NCBI GenBank assembly: GCA_027310185.1
Contig: DAIDBH010000006.1
Coordinates: 32,001 to 96,000, forward strand
Direction: 5' to 3'
Source of the DNA: Thermoplasmatales archaeon
GTDB lineage: Archaea > Thermoplasmatota > Thermoplasmata > Thermoplasmatales > Thermoplasmataceae
DNA length: 64,000 nucleotides
Every line of letters begins with the position of its first letter. The first letter of the stretch is position 1. The notes under the pieces were generated by a model, which saw nothing but the letters and a program-made list of their open reading frames with translations, searched no databases and was not told the origin of the DNA. Positions 41,237 to 51,005 of the stretch are shown piece after piece. The position numbers were made by a program, and so were the translations under genes.

Positions 41237-41855
41237 AACTGTTTGTGTATAATCATCCACCGTTCTTAAAAATTGCATAGAAGAAATTCCCATATTCGTG
41301 ATTCTTTTGACTTATCAATAAAAAACCTTGTTGGTCAATATTTCTAGTCATATAGGTTAATATCAACCTGATTTGCAAATAGAGTTATTATTCCCCTATA
41401 ACTTAAACATGTGCTGGGAGATTGTTGTCTTCTAAGCATCCTTGCAACATTAAAATTATCTTTCATACTAGCATCTAATAACATAATAGATATACTTGGT
41501 CTAGCTGAACTAAAGGCAGGAGGAGTGCGGATAACTACTGCAGTTTTAAGTGAATGAATTGCAATAACTTTTGATTCAAGTGAAAAAGTAAAAAAGAACA
41601 GCGACTTTATAAGTTATATGTATACCAACAAAAAGAAGGTAAATCTTCAATTAGTGGTTGGTTATACAATGATCATAAGCGGGCCTTAGGTTTGCTCAAC
41701 TTCATTGGCCTTATTTAATTCATTTGTTTACATTTGTCATATTTATTTTTGATCTCATCCATTTAAATAATATGATAAAACACAAACTTGACCGTTAAAG
41801 GATTTATCTTCCCATAATATTGAGTTTTCATTATGTCCTTGGATAATATAGATTT

Positions 41856-42257
41856 CTACTCCCCAGTGAATACACTTTCCTCTTGAACAAAACATATTTT
41901 GTTTCCAAATGGATCCTTAATGTAGAACGATATCTCCCCCCATGGTCTCTTAGCTATCTCGTCTAATATTTCCGCTCCAGCTTTTTTTGTCCTTACATAC
42001 ATAGCACTGAGGTCTTTTACAGAGAAGTATATATTATCCGGGTTGGGTGGGAGATCAAAGTCGTCTCCGTCCATTCTTGGATCAAAACAGGCAAGTATCG
42101 TCCCCCTGCAGTAAAAATAATGTCTCCCTGAAGATATACGTCTCCCTTCCTGATTTAATAAGTTTGAATAAAATACCTGCGCTTTGTCTATGTCCTTTAC
42201 TGGAAGAATTACCCTGTATAGTCTTGGAGTTGAAATGTCAGTGTTATCGTCTGTCAT
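41856..42257 (-). CDS. VOC/glyoxalase family protein
   Basis: VKDIDKAQVFY, YFSVKDL, RPWGEISFYIKDPFGN. Confidence 0.88.
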   Translation of the reverse strand: MTDDNTDISTPRLYRVILPVKDIDKAQVFYSNLLNQEGRRISSGRHYFYCRGTILACFDPRMDGDDFDLPPNPDNIYFSVKDLSAMYVRTKKAGAEILDEIAKRPWGEISFYIKDPFGNKICFVQEESVFTGE

Positions 42258-42677
42258 GTAATGGTATTGTTTATCATTATTTAGTTTTATATTTCTATTG
42301 CGCGACAACCTATATGTGCTTGAGATCTGAAAATTTCATTGATAAACAACTAATGCTTCACATCTCTGTACGTCCGTAGTACAGAATGTATTTATTTATT
42401 ACTCAATTTAAAACGATTTAAGGCTCATCGCAAAAGCTCGTGATATATTAACATTAGCGATTAGATCAACCCTAATAATTGAGAATGTATTCAGTATCAA
42501 CATCTGCTTCACAAGTTCTTAAGGTTTCGTGTTATAAAGTCCTGTATATTTATTGTTCGGGTAGTTCGGGAATAGAAATGATTTCAATAATTAGATATGA
42601 CACCTTAATTACAGAGAAGTTCCTTACTTCTAAGTATACGACAAAATGTTTAATACGTAAAAATATTACTATAATAT

Positions 42678-42986
42678 GTGGTGGTATGCGTGAGCAATGA
42701 ATATAAACCACTTCAAGAGCGATATAAACAGCTCAATAAGAGAAGAACTCTATTTGGATTTACAAATGGTCAAATAGCGAAAATTTTAAGCATAATAATA
42801 CAGATGTATGTACTTATCTACCTTACCTCGCAAATTCCACCTGCAAGATTTTTCTTGGCCCTCGAATTGCTATTCTCCTTCGCTGGTATTATATTCGTTT
42901 TTTCAAAAATTATCCAGTCAGAAAAGGAAATCAAGAAGTTTACGGGTCATTACTATCTATTTCCACCTCAGGAGATTTATGAATGA
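42678..42986 (+). CDS. Small two-TM hypothetical protein
   Basis: 102-aa ORF with two hydrophobic segments. Confidence 0.5.
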   Translation: MVVCVSNEYKPLQERYKQLNKRRTLFGFTNGQIAKILSIIIQMYVLIYLTSQIPPARFFLALELLFSFAGIIFVFSKIIQSEKEIKKFTGHYYLFPPQEIYE

Positions 42987-43377
42987 AACATTTTAGTAAA
43001 TTAAAATGTCAACGAAATTACAGAATCTCAATATCTTGACCAAGAAGGATCATCTTGAAACTGACGATTTTAGCGTTTCCCCATGTAAAGTTTTGCTAAC
43101 CACAAAAAATAAAGATTTTTGTTACAAAGCAAAGAGAATTTTTTGATATGATAATATATAAATTTGTATGTGAAAGAAAGTCCAGATGTACATAGGACAT
43201 AAGGATATCTCCATTACACATGAATACACGTATCTTATGACGCAGGACGTCCAGATAGCGATACATAACCTTCACTCAAGGGAGAGGAAACTCCTTTTTT
43301 TCAGAAAATTTATGAGGTAGAAATATGCGCGGTCTAAAAAAGAAAAACAGTACAGATACCAAGGTATTCGTCAGTGA

Positions 43378-43518
43378 TGGGGACACTGGGATTTGAACCC
43401 AGATCTGCGGGTCTCTTCCCGGTTCATAGTTCCAGTCAATCATCACCATATCAGTTGACCCGTTTCTAATCAAAACCTGACTGGAGCCCAATAGGATGCC
43501 TGATTACCCCATGTCCCC
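43378..43518 (-). tRNA. tRNA-Trp (CCA) with 68-nt intron at 37/38
   Basis: GGGGACA acceptor, CTCCAG then intron, 3' exon ACCCGC...GTTCAAATC...TGTCCCCA. Confidence 0.92.
43413..43480 (-). ncRNA. Box C/D guide RNA within the tRNA-Trp intron
   Basis: C-like TTGATTA, D' CTGA, C' GTGATGA, D-like ATGA; guides CGGGTC and TGACTGGA pair with the pre-tRNA, and the +5 rule hits C39 and C34. Confidence 0.82.
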
Positions 43519-43668
43519 GTAAGTTCTGAATTGGATAAAACTATTTAACAGTGACTCTGCGTTCACTGTAGTGCATTTAGGTTTTATGATTTATCTTACA
43601 GTGGATAATTATATTGAGGCGCTTTCAATGAGTGAGAAAACTTAAGAAACTTAGAACAATGTAATTTC

Positions 43669-44079
43669 ATGAAGGTAAGTTTAGGTTTTTCTTACATACT
43701 CACTTTTACAGGATCAATAATAAGCATGGTTTCAGGAGTTTTTCTGGCACTGATCATATTTATTGTTGGCCTCGATCCAGGATCAGAAAAAGCACTCAAC
43801 TTCCTCAAACCCATTGAGATAAACCCCTATGCTGCCCTTGCTGTGATAGCACTCAGCTTCATTGTAATCATTTTCTGTTATTATGGCAGAGGAAAGGGTT
43901 TCTACGGGATAGGAGTTCTTGCAGTAGTCTTTAGCATCATAATTCTGGCCATAAGAGGTGGGTTTTACATTGGACCTCTATTTTCAATCGTTGGAGGATT
44001 CCTTGTTTACAAGAACGAGAAAGTTGTAAACTCAAGAAAGGAAGAAATACTTGAAGAAGAAATAATAGGGAAAATCTAG
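43669..44079 (+). CDS. Hypothetical four-TM membrane protein
   Basis: 136 aa, hydrophobic, GGFYIG motif. Confidence 0.7.
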   Translation: MKVSLGFSYILTFTGSIISMVSGVFLALIIFIVGLDPGSEKALNFLKPIEINPYAALAVIALSFIVIIFCYYGRGKGFYGIGVLAVVFSIIILAIRGGFYIGPLFSIVGGFLVYKNEKVVNSRKEEILEEEIIGKI

Positions 44080-44176
44080 AACTTAAACTACAAACCGTAG
44101 AAATTTAGGTAAATCGCGTCATTCTTTTAAAACAATCACTAAAATTAAAATATTTAAAAATAAAAAAGAGGTGAAA

Positions 44177-44284
44177 TCAGGATTTATTAGCCCTTCTCTG
44201 CCTTTTCAGTCTTCTAATTCTCTTCTTTTTCCATTTCCATCGCATGTTTCCTCTCTTTTTCCAATCTCTTGAACTTCGTTTCAA
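44177..44284 (-). CDS. rpl41e: 50S ribosomal protein L41e
   Basis: [35 protein letters not shown]; TTG start after GAGGTGA SD; below the ORF track cutoff. Confidence 0.9.
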   Translation of the reverse strand: MKRSSRDWKKRGNMRWKWKKKRIRRLKRQRRANKS

Positions 44285-44402
44285 TATTTCACCTCAATCG
44301 TGAGACAATACTTATTTTGCCCACATAAAGTATAAGGATATTAAGACTTCTTATAAATATTTATTTTGTGAACCTTTATTTATTCTATTACATTCTGATT
44401 TT

Positions 44403-44744
44403 ATGCCTGAAGACATTCAAAAATATATCAAGGACATGATGAACACTCTTCCATCTGAAGAAATGTATCTGGAGGCTGTACGTGACATTGTAAAAGACCT
44501 CATAAAGGAATACATCAGGAAGAAACTTAATGAAGACCCTGAACTTAAGAAAGAACTTGCTAAGGTTATAGAAGGGTACCTTGAAGCCAAGATCAAGGAA
44601 TACGACTCCATGGCCAAGATGGCCAAGATTACAGCAAAGATAGGATTCATGAGTGCACCACAGTCCTTAAGAGATACAGCGACCAAGGATATCGTGGATA
44701 CTTTCAGAAAGGAAATAGAGGAAATTATTCTGAGAACGCTTTAG
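44403..44744 (+). CDS. Hypothetical helical protein
   Basis: 113-aa ORF. Confidence 0.75.
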   Translation: MPEDIQKYIKDMMNTLPSEEMYLEAVRDIVKDLIKEYIRKKLNEDPELKKELAKVIEGYLEAKIKEYDSMAKMAKITAKIGFMSAPQSLRDTATKDIVDTFRKEIEEIILRTL

Positions 44745-46170
44745 GAAGAAAATTTTTCTTTATGACTGTTTTTGAATTCAGGTCAAATAGCGTGGCTATG
44801 CATGGATCCGGAGAATAGTTCATCATTTTCTGGTATTCAGTCTGGGATTGCCATGTTGATGAATTCACGTATCTTACACCCTTGTAATTTCCAAGATAGT
44901 GACCGTGAATATGTCCTGTGATAAAAATATCAGGAACGTCCCTGAAGATATGAGGATCGAACTGGTTGGGGACTATTGGCGTCCTGCCACCATAAACCGG
45001 ACCCATATACCTTCTTTTCAGCATCAGTTCTATTGCCTTTCCCACACTGTCAAAGTTACCCCCTGGAATCAATTCGATGAGATCATTGAGTGACATCCCG
45101 TGATAAAGAGTTATCAACTTCTTCTTGATCCTCAGGTTATAGGGATTGGGCAGGAACCTGACATTTCCTGTGAACATCTGCCTGATCGCCGGATTCAACT
45201 CGGGCTGAGGCTCTGCTAATCTCACAGTGTCGTGGTTCCCCGGCATGATATAAACATTTATGTCTGATGGTATTTGATTCACGAAATCAGCCAGGTATTC
45301 ATACTGTTCCTTTGGATTTATGATTTCAAGATCATTTTCCTGGTTTGGATAAACACCGATACCATCCACCACGTCTCCACTCAGTATGAGGTGCTTTAAA
45401 TTTGCAGCTTCATCGCCTGATGACTTGATCCACTTGAGGAAGCTGGTGAAACCGTCCTTTATGAAAGTCTTGCTACCCACATGAATATCAGATATGGAAC
45501 ATACATATTCTGGTGGTAATCCTGTATCATCAATTAGTCTTTCTGGAACATCCGGTCTTATCAATTCGTTTGCAAAAACCACTGGTTCAGAGTTTTCCCT
45601 GTCATTGTTCGCCCTGGGTCTGCTTCCAATAACACCAACTACCTCGTCGTTGAGAAGCAGCTCCTGGGACATTGGGTTCTTCTTCAGGATTATTACGTCT
45701 ATGTAAGATTCAGTGTCTTCTATCCTGAATTTCTTATGGCCGTTTCTGGTCTCAGTAACATTACTGATCATTCCTACTATCTTCACTTCCCTTGAATCCC
45801 TTTCCCTTACCGAAGAAATGGAATCAACCTGCCTCAACTTTCCGGCATTCACTATGATGCTCTTCAGAGTTTCATACCTGTTCACAAACATCTTCCTGAA
45901 ATCCTCAACGGAGCTGTTTGCCTTGATATCGTTCACGTCTATTTCCCTTATGGCCGATGGATTCTTCTCCTGATTACCTCCAATAAGGTTCAACACATTT
46001 TCCCTTCCGATTATGCCTGATTTGATTGTTTCATTATCTATTAGGTGGGTTATCATTGTGCCAAGGGATTTTTCCATTATAATCTGTAAGGCCGCAGGTT
46101 CCACTATCATACCTCTTGAATTGAAGAATTCAAGGATCTTGTTCCTATCCGTGAAAATTCCTGAGACCAT
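44725..46170 (-). CDS. polD1: DNA polymerase D small subunit DP1 (3'-5' exonuclease)
   Basis: OB fold, ISDIHVGS, GDVVDGIGVYP, PGNHD, YHG, TGHIH, WQSQT. Confidence 0.93.
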   Translation of the reverse strand: MVSGIFTDRNKILEFFNSRGMIVEPAALQIIMEKSLGTMITHLIDNETIKSGIIGRENVLNLIGGNQEKNPSAIREIDVNDIKANSSVEDFRKMFVNRYETLKSIIVNAGKLRQVDSISSVRERDSREVKIVGMISNVTETRNGHKKFRIEDTESYIDVIILKKNPMSQELLLNDEVVGVIGSRPRANNDRENSEPVVFANELIRPDVPERLIDDTGLPPEYVCSISDIHVGSKTFIKDGFTSFLKWIKSSGDEAANLKHLILSGDVVDGIGVYPNQENDLEIINPKEQYEYLADFVNQIPSDINVYIMPGNHDTVRLAEPQPELNPAIRQMFTGNVRFLPNPYNLRIKKKLITLYHGMSLNDLIELIPGGNFDSVGKAIELMLKRRYMGPVYGGRTPIVPNQFDPHIFRDVPDIFITGHIHGHYLGNYKGVRYVNSSTWQSQTEYQKMMNYSPDPCIATLFDLNSKTVIKKNFLPKAFSE

Positions 46171-46281
46171 AATAACAATATTTCACTGTCTTATAAAGGG
46201 ATTTCCGTCTTCCCATTTCCACATACCATGAAGTTGTTTTAAGATGTAGTTAGTAATACTGGGACAAAACTGTGGAAGAAA

Positions 46282-47148
46282 ATGAGCAGGAGAAATGATA
46301 TTATTCTGTTTGTAGTTATGGTTTCATTCTGGGCCCTGAACTTTATTCTCGTTAAATTTGCATTGAATTATGTTAACTCTTTCACTCTCCTATTCTACAG
46401 GATCCTTATTTCACTTTTGGGCATATTGATTATATTCAACAGGAAGCTGAGGTTCAGGATAAGAAGGGAAGAGATTCTCCCACTTTTTATTCTTTCCATG
46501 CTGAATGTGTTCATCTTCATGGAACTCTGGTTCATAGCTGAAACTTCAATTTCCTCTTCCCTCTCTGCAATTCTCATTTATACATATCCTGTAATCTCAA
46601 CGTTGTTTTCCATCATATTCCTGAAGGAATCCTATAACAGGCATGTACTTTTAGGCATCCTGCTGGGGTTTGCAGGTGTTACAGTAATATTTTTCCATGG
46701 ATTGATCTCAGGCATTGGAATAGGTGTTGTAATAGCATTCCTGGCATCAGTCAGCTGGGCAACGGGCACCATATATTACAAGAAATATTTAGGGAAGATA
46801 GATAGGGAAACCACAAATTTCTATCAGTTTGCTTTTGCCATTGTCCCTTCCCTGCTTGTAGCAGGAGCATTTCAACCAAACATAACGATTTTCGAACCCA
46901 ATGCAGTATTCCTGGTAATAGTTCTCATAATAGGATTTCCCGGAACTGCCATGGCATATTATGCCTTCCTTCACCTGAATAGGGAATACAGGGTTTCCAC
47001 AATTTCATCCTTCCTATTCCTTGTTCCTGCACTTTCTGTAATCCTGAGTTTTGTCATACTGGATGAGATACCTTCAATTTATGAGATGGGGGGCCTGTTA
47101 CTGGTAAGCGTTGGGATTATATTTTCAGCCAAGGGGAGCAGAAAATAG
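46282..47148 (+). CDS. EamA/DMT transporter
   Basis: Ten TM in two repeats; FWALNF, YTYPV, FLVP. Confidence 0.88.
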   Translation: MSRRNDIILFVVMVSFWALNFILVKFALNYVNSFTLLFYRILISLLGILIIFNRKLRFRIRREEILPLFILSMLNVFIFMELWFIAETSISSSLSAILIYTYPVISTLFSIIFLKESYNRHVLLGILLGFAGVTVIFFHGLISGIGIGVVIAFLASVSWATGTIYYKKYLGKIDRETTNFYQFAFAIVPSLLVAGAFQPNITIFEPNAVFLVIVLIIGFPGTAMAYYAFLHLNREYRVSTISSFLFLVPALSVILSFVILDEIPSIYEMGGLLLVSVGIIFSAKGSRK

Positions 47149-47202
47149 CAATTTTATTAAGAAAAAGATTTTATAAAATTTGTGGTTGTAACTAAAATGG
47201 GT

Positions 47203-48153
47203 CTATTCTGTTATATTTTCCATCTTCTTGAGTTTTCTTGAATTCTTCACTGCCTGCCCATATATGGCAAACAGTCCCAGCAGGAGGATGAGCCCAAACG
47301 CAGTTATGATAAAGAATGCGGTATCCATGGGCCCTGAAGCCGTCACACTCTGTACGTTTATTGCACCCTTGAAAGCCGTTGGATACACAAGAAAGTTCAA
47401 TGTGAACACATCCAGCGCAACCCATGATACCAGGAATGCCTTGTTCTTCAATAATGGGCGCAATTTCCTGATGTATGAAAGAACAACAGGCATCACGATT
47501 ATGATGACTGGAATGATGATTAATACTGATAACACAGCACTGTTTAGCAGATAAAATGCCACTCCTCCGAACATAATGCCGAGAAGTAAGAATACTGCGC
47601 TTCTGCCCATGTTTCCTGCATCATAGAACACGTAGGATAGCCCGGCGATCAGGAATACCGCTGATAATATCAGCATATATGATGAGGGATTCATGAACCA
47701 TCCAACCGGGCTGAAACTCATGGAATTGATACTTACGCCATCGCTTCCAATTATTCCGCCAACGACAAGCAGGGCAATGAAGCCTATGAACAGCGTGACT
47801 ATTGAGTATGCCCTGAACATGTTTTTTCTTGTCATCAATCCCTTTGAACTTACGAACTCCCCAACAACAAATGTTGCGTTCCTTGCCACGAAGAAGATCA
47901 GGAATATCATGATTTCCCCTGCGTATATTGAAGCCAGAGGAACTATTATTTTTGGGAATGCAAAGTCGGATGCTACTACCCAGAATGCGGCAAAAGTTCC
48001 GGTGATTTCCCATATGGGAGTGATATATGAAATAACCTTCTTGTTGCTCCTCTCCCAGTTGAACAACATCTGGAATGCACCCATGGCTTCTGACAGGAAA
48101 AGTGCCATGAATGCGGCGAAAATGGCGAATACTAGATAGAATGTATAATTCAT
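47203..48153 (-). CDS. cydB: Cytochrome bd oxidase subunit II-like
   Basis: PIWEITGT...FAFP motif; directly downstream of cydA. Confidence 0.75.
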   Translation of the reverse strand: MNYTFYLVFAIFAAFMALFLSEAMGAFQMLFNWERSNKKVISYITPIWEITGTFAAFWVVASDFAFPKIIVPLASIYAGEIMIFLIFFVARNATFVVGEFVSSKGLMTRKNMFRAYSIVTLFIGFIALLVVGGIIGSDGVSINSMSFSPVGWFMNPSSYMLILSAVFLIAGLSYVFYDAGNMGRSAVFLLLGIMFGGVAFYLLNSAVLSVLIIIPVIIIVMPVVLSYIRKLRPLLKNKAFLVSWVALDVFTLNFLVYPTAFKGAINVQSVTASGPMDTAFFIITAFGLILLLGLFAIYGQAVKNSRKLKKMENITE

Positions 48154-48154
48154 T

Positions 48155-49528
48155 TCACACCCCTCCCTGCTTATTTGAATTCCGCTTTTCTTTTATGTCA
48201 CCAGATTCATAACTTGATGGCTTTCCCCTGAATACCCTGGCGAAGAAATAGAAGGTAAATGGTATGAGGAAAAGATAGAAAGCAATTATGAGGTAACCTG
48301 GCACAATCAGGGCATTAGAGTAGTTAGCTGCCTGGTTTACAGTCATTATGTTGTAAATGATCCATGGCTGTCTTCCCACTTCATCTGTCACCCATCCCAT
48401 GTCATAAACAATGAGTGCAAAAAACCCGACTGCAATTTCAAGGTACATTATGCTTTTTCTTTTGAACATATCCTTTCTCAGTACTTCGTAAATGAAGAAT
48501 ATGAAGAAGAATAGACCGAGTATAAGTCCTCCCAGAACCATTACGTCAAATGATGTGTGGACGAATAGAGGAGGCCAGTCAGATTGTGGGTATGAAGAAA
48601 GACCGGGCAACTTTGTGATTCCTGCTTCAAAATTTGCCAGAAATGCCTGCAGTCCTGGTACTGTTATTGAACCGACAATTCTACCATTCACTATGGAACC
48701 AAGTAGATGTTCACCAAAACCACTTCCAGGATTTGGATCAAGTTCTATGGCTGCGTATTTTACAGGCTGATACTTGAGAAGGCTAATTACCTCGTTTCCA
48801 CCTGTGATTCCTGCAAGCAGAATGAAGACTGCAGACATCCATCCGGAAATTCTTATTCCAAGTTTTGTAATCAATCTTGTTTCACTGTCCTTTGATCTGA
48901 TATACTGGTATGCAAAGAAGGCCCCCAGTATAACAAACCCTACAAAGATCGTTGTTGTTAGAACATGAGCAAGTTCGTTGAATGTGGAAACAGTATCAAA
49001 TGGAGCAAATGGATTCACGTCTGTAATTTTCCCTGTGCTCAGATAAACTGATTTATTGAAGCCGTTTGGTGTGTTCATCCATGCGTTTACCATTGTGATG
49101 AATACGGCAGACATGATAACACCAATTGCAACAAGAATGGATATTCCAAGATTCGCATATTTCCATCTAAACACATCCTGATAATATACATAGATGACCA
49201 GTGCAAACGTTTCAAGGAAGAATGCAGAAACTTCTGCGTAGAAGAGTGATATGGCACCGGTGCTTGATACAAATGTCATGAATCCTGGAAACAGGTTAAC
49301 CAGTTCCACTGCCAGAACGATACCGCTTGCTGTACCCACACCGAATGAAACTATAAACATTCTCTTGAGCTTGAAGAGCATCGTTTTATACTCCGGTTTA
49401 TCCTTTCTTGTAAGCATAAATTCAAGTATTACTAGTATCAGGCTCAGCGCTATGCTTGCACTCACTATAATTATATGAGAACCTATTGTGTATGCAAACA
49501 GGAACCTGTCAAAATTAGCTGACAGCAT
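48155..49528 (-). CDS. cydA: Cytochrome bd quinol oxidase subunit I
   Basis: SHII, NAWMNTP, QPVKYAAIE, GWVTDEVGRQPW; short Q-loop. Confidence 0.93.
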   Translation of the reverse strand: MLSANFDRFLFAYTIGSHIIIVSASIALSLILVILEFMLTRKDKPEYKTMLFKLKRMFIVSFGVGTASGIVLAVELVNLFPGFMTFVSSTGAISLFYAEVSAFFLETFALVIYVYYQDVFRWKYANLGISILVAIGVIMSAVFITMVNAWMNTPNGFNKSVYLSTGKITDVNPFAPFDTVSTFNELAHVLTTTIFVGFVILGAFFAYQYIRSKDSETRLITKLGIRISGWMSAVFILLAGITGGNEVISLLKYQPVKYAAIELDPNPGSGFGEHLLGSIVNGRIVGSITVPGLQAFLANFEAGITKLPGLSSYPQSDWPPLFVHTSFDVMVLGGLILGLFFFIFFIYEVLRKDMFKRKSIMYLEIAVGFFALIVYDMGWVTDEVGRQPWIIYNIMTVNQAANYSNALIVPGYLIIAFYLFLIPFTFYFFARVFRGKPSSYESGDIKEKRNSNKQGGV

Positions 49529-50192
49529 AATTTTTAACCTCCTTTCTTCTTATTATTGAATTGAAATTGAAGAAGCCGGCCCACAGGAAAATGATCCCTA
49601 GAAGCTCAGCATAATAAAGTGTTTCAGGGAATGATACTATATAAAGTGAACCTGCCACACTTACAATGAGTGTACCTATAATTATGCTGATCATCTTTTT
49701 ATTTGAGGTTTTTCTGAACGATATAAGAGCGGTTATAATGAGTATTACTGCTGCAGGGAACGAGATTATTGAAGACGTTATTATTACAGCTATGGGAAGT
49801 GCACCTGCTACTACACCACTTATGAGAATGTTTCCAGTGGGAATTAGCGCCAGAGTAACAGCAAGAAGAATATCGGCTATAACAGAGAAAATTGAGTAGA
49901 CCCTGTTATAAATGGGTTTTTTTAGCAACAGAATGGAACCCATGGACAGTGACTGAACAAGAACAGCCACAGTGAACAGGTAGAGATCAAAGAGTAACTG
50001 ATCGGCAGCTCCAATGGCAAAAAATATCTCGAGGAGGGCATCAATGAAGAACAACCATAATCCGAGAGACCAGAAAAACTGGCTTTTCCCATGGGAAGTT
50101 GTGTAATTCCTTGTCATGAAGACTGCCAGTATGAAACTGGCGACCGATACGAACAAAGTTGTACCAAATAATACGTTTAACATGATTATCAT
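49515..50192 (-). CDS. Seven-TM hypothetical protein, first gene of the cyd operon
   Basis: 225 aa, hydrophobic; overlaps the cydA start. Confidence 0.75.
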   Translation of the reverse strand: MIIMLNVLFGTTLFVSVASFILAVFMTRNYTTSHGKSQFFWSLGLWLFFIDALLEIFFAIGAADQLLFDLYLFTVAVLVQSLSMGSILLLKKPIYNRVYSIFSVIADILLAVTLALIPTGNILISGVVAGALPIAVIITSSIISFPAAVILIITALISFRKTSNKKMISIIIGTLIVSVAGSLYIVSFPETLYYAELLGIIFLWAGFFNFNSIIRRKEVKNYAVS

Positions 50193-50264
50193 TCAGGTAT
50201 GAGAGGATTATATATCTATGTTAATGGATAATAATACACAACAATTATTGCGAAGACGCAAATA

Positions 50265-50300
50265 TGTGTATATTTGTGCTTAATTGTGTAATTTTGTATG
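50265..50300. promoter_or_regulatory. Four TGTG-like repeats phased at 10 bp
   Basis: TGTGTA 50265, TGTGCT 50275, TGTGTA 50285, TGTATG 50295. Confidence 0.5.
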
Positions 50301-50363
50301 AAATGAAGTGAAAGGATGAATATGTCATAAATATTTATTTTGTGTTTCACCATACCTGTGTGA

Positions 50364-50933
50364 ATGTCCAGAATAAACGTGAGCCTCAGACCAGAACTGG
50401 TGAAGGATTTGAACGATATGTGTGAAAAGAGCAGGAAAACCGTTAGTTCTACTGTTGCAGAGGCCATTTCATTCTACATGAAGATGAGTAAGATGGGTCT
50501 TCGCCTTGATGACCTTGAAAAGGCAGGCTATCTCCTTGGATTTCTTAAGGAGACAGATTCTGTTCCAATACCCAGTATATTACTTGATGGGATGATAAAG
50601 AACGCCATGTCATTTTCTGAGGACTCCACGTTGAAGAAGTGGTACGACCGTGGTTTGGTTGCAGGTGACATCCTGAAGAAGTATGCAGAAAACCTGGATG
50701 ACCTTGGCAAGATGCTGAAGGAGTACAGGGATGTAATTCCAGCAAGCATGCTTGATATAGAATTCAACGGTGATTCAGTGACAGTAACACTTTCGGGGGC
50801 CGGTTACAGCCTTGAAGCCTCCAAATGCACTGGTGCGGGCATTGATGGATTCCTCATGGCATTCAATTTCAGATCGGTCAGTAAGGAGCTATCTGAAGGT
50901 TTTGTGAAGGTTGTCGCCGAACAGGTCAGATAA
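50364..50933 (+). CDS. Ribbon-helix-helix (CopG-like) regulator with C-terminal ligand-binding-like domain
   Basis: RINVSLRPELVKDLNDMCEKSRKTVSSTVAEAI RHH pattern. Confidence 0.75.
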   Translation: MSRINVSLRPELVKDLNDMCEKSRKTVSSTVAEAISFYMKMSKMGLRLDDLEKAGYLLGFLKETDSVPIPSILLDGMIKNAMSFSEDSTLKKWYDRGLVAGDILKKYAENLDDLGKMLKEYRDVIPASMLDIEFNGDSVTVTLSGAGYSLEASKCTGAGIDGFLMAFNFRSVSKELSEGFVKVVAEQVR

Positions 50934-51005
50934 AAACTGTGTAAAATTGTGTTATATAAGAAAAAATTTAAGAAAACAATAAATTAAAAATAAGAATATG
51001 AGTGC

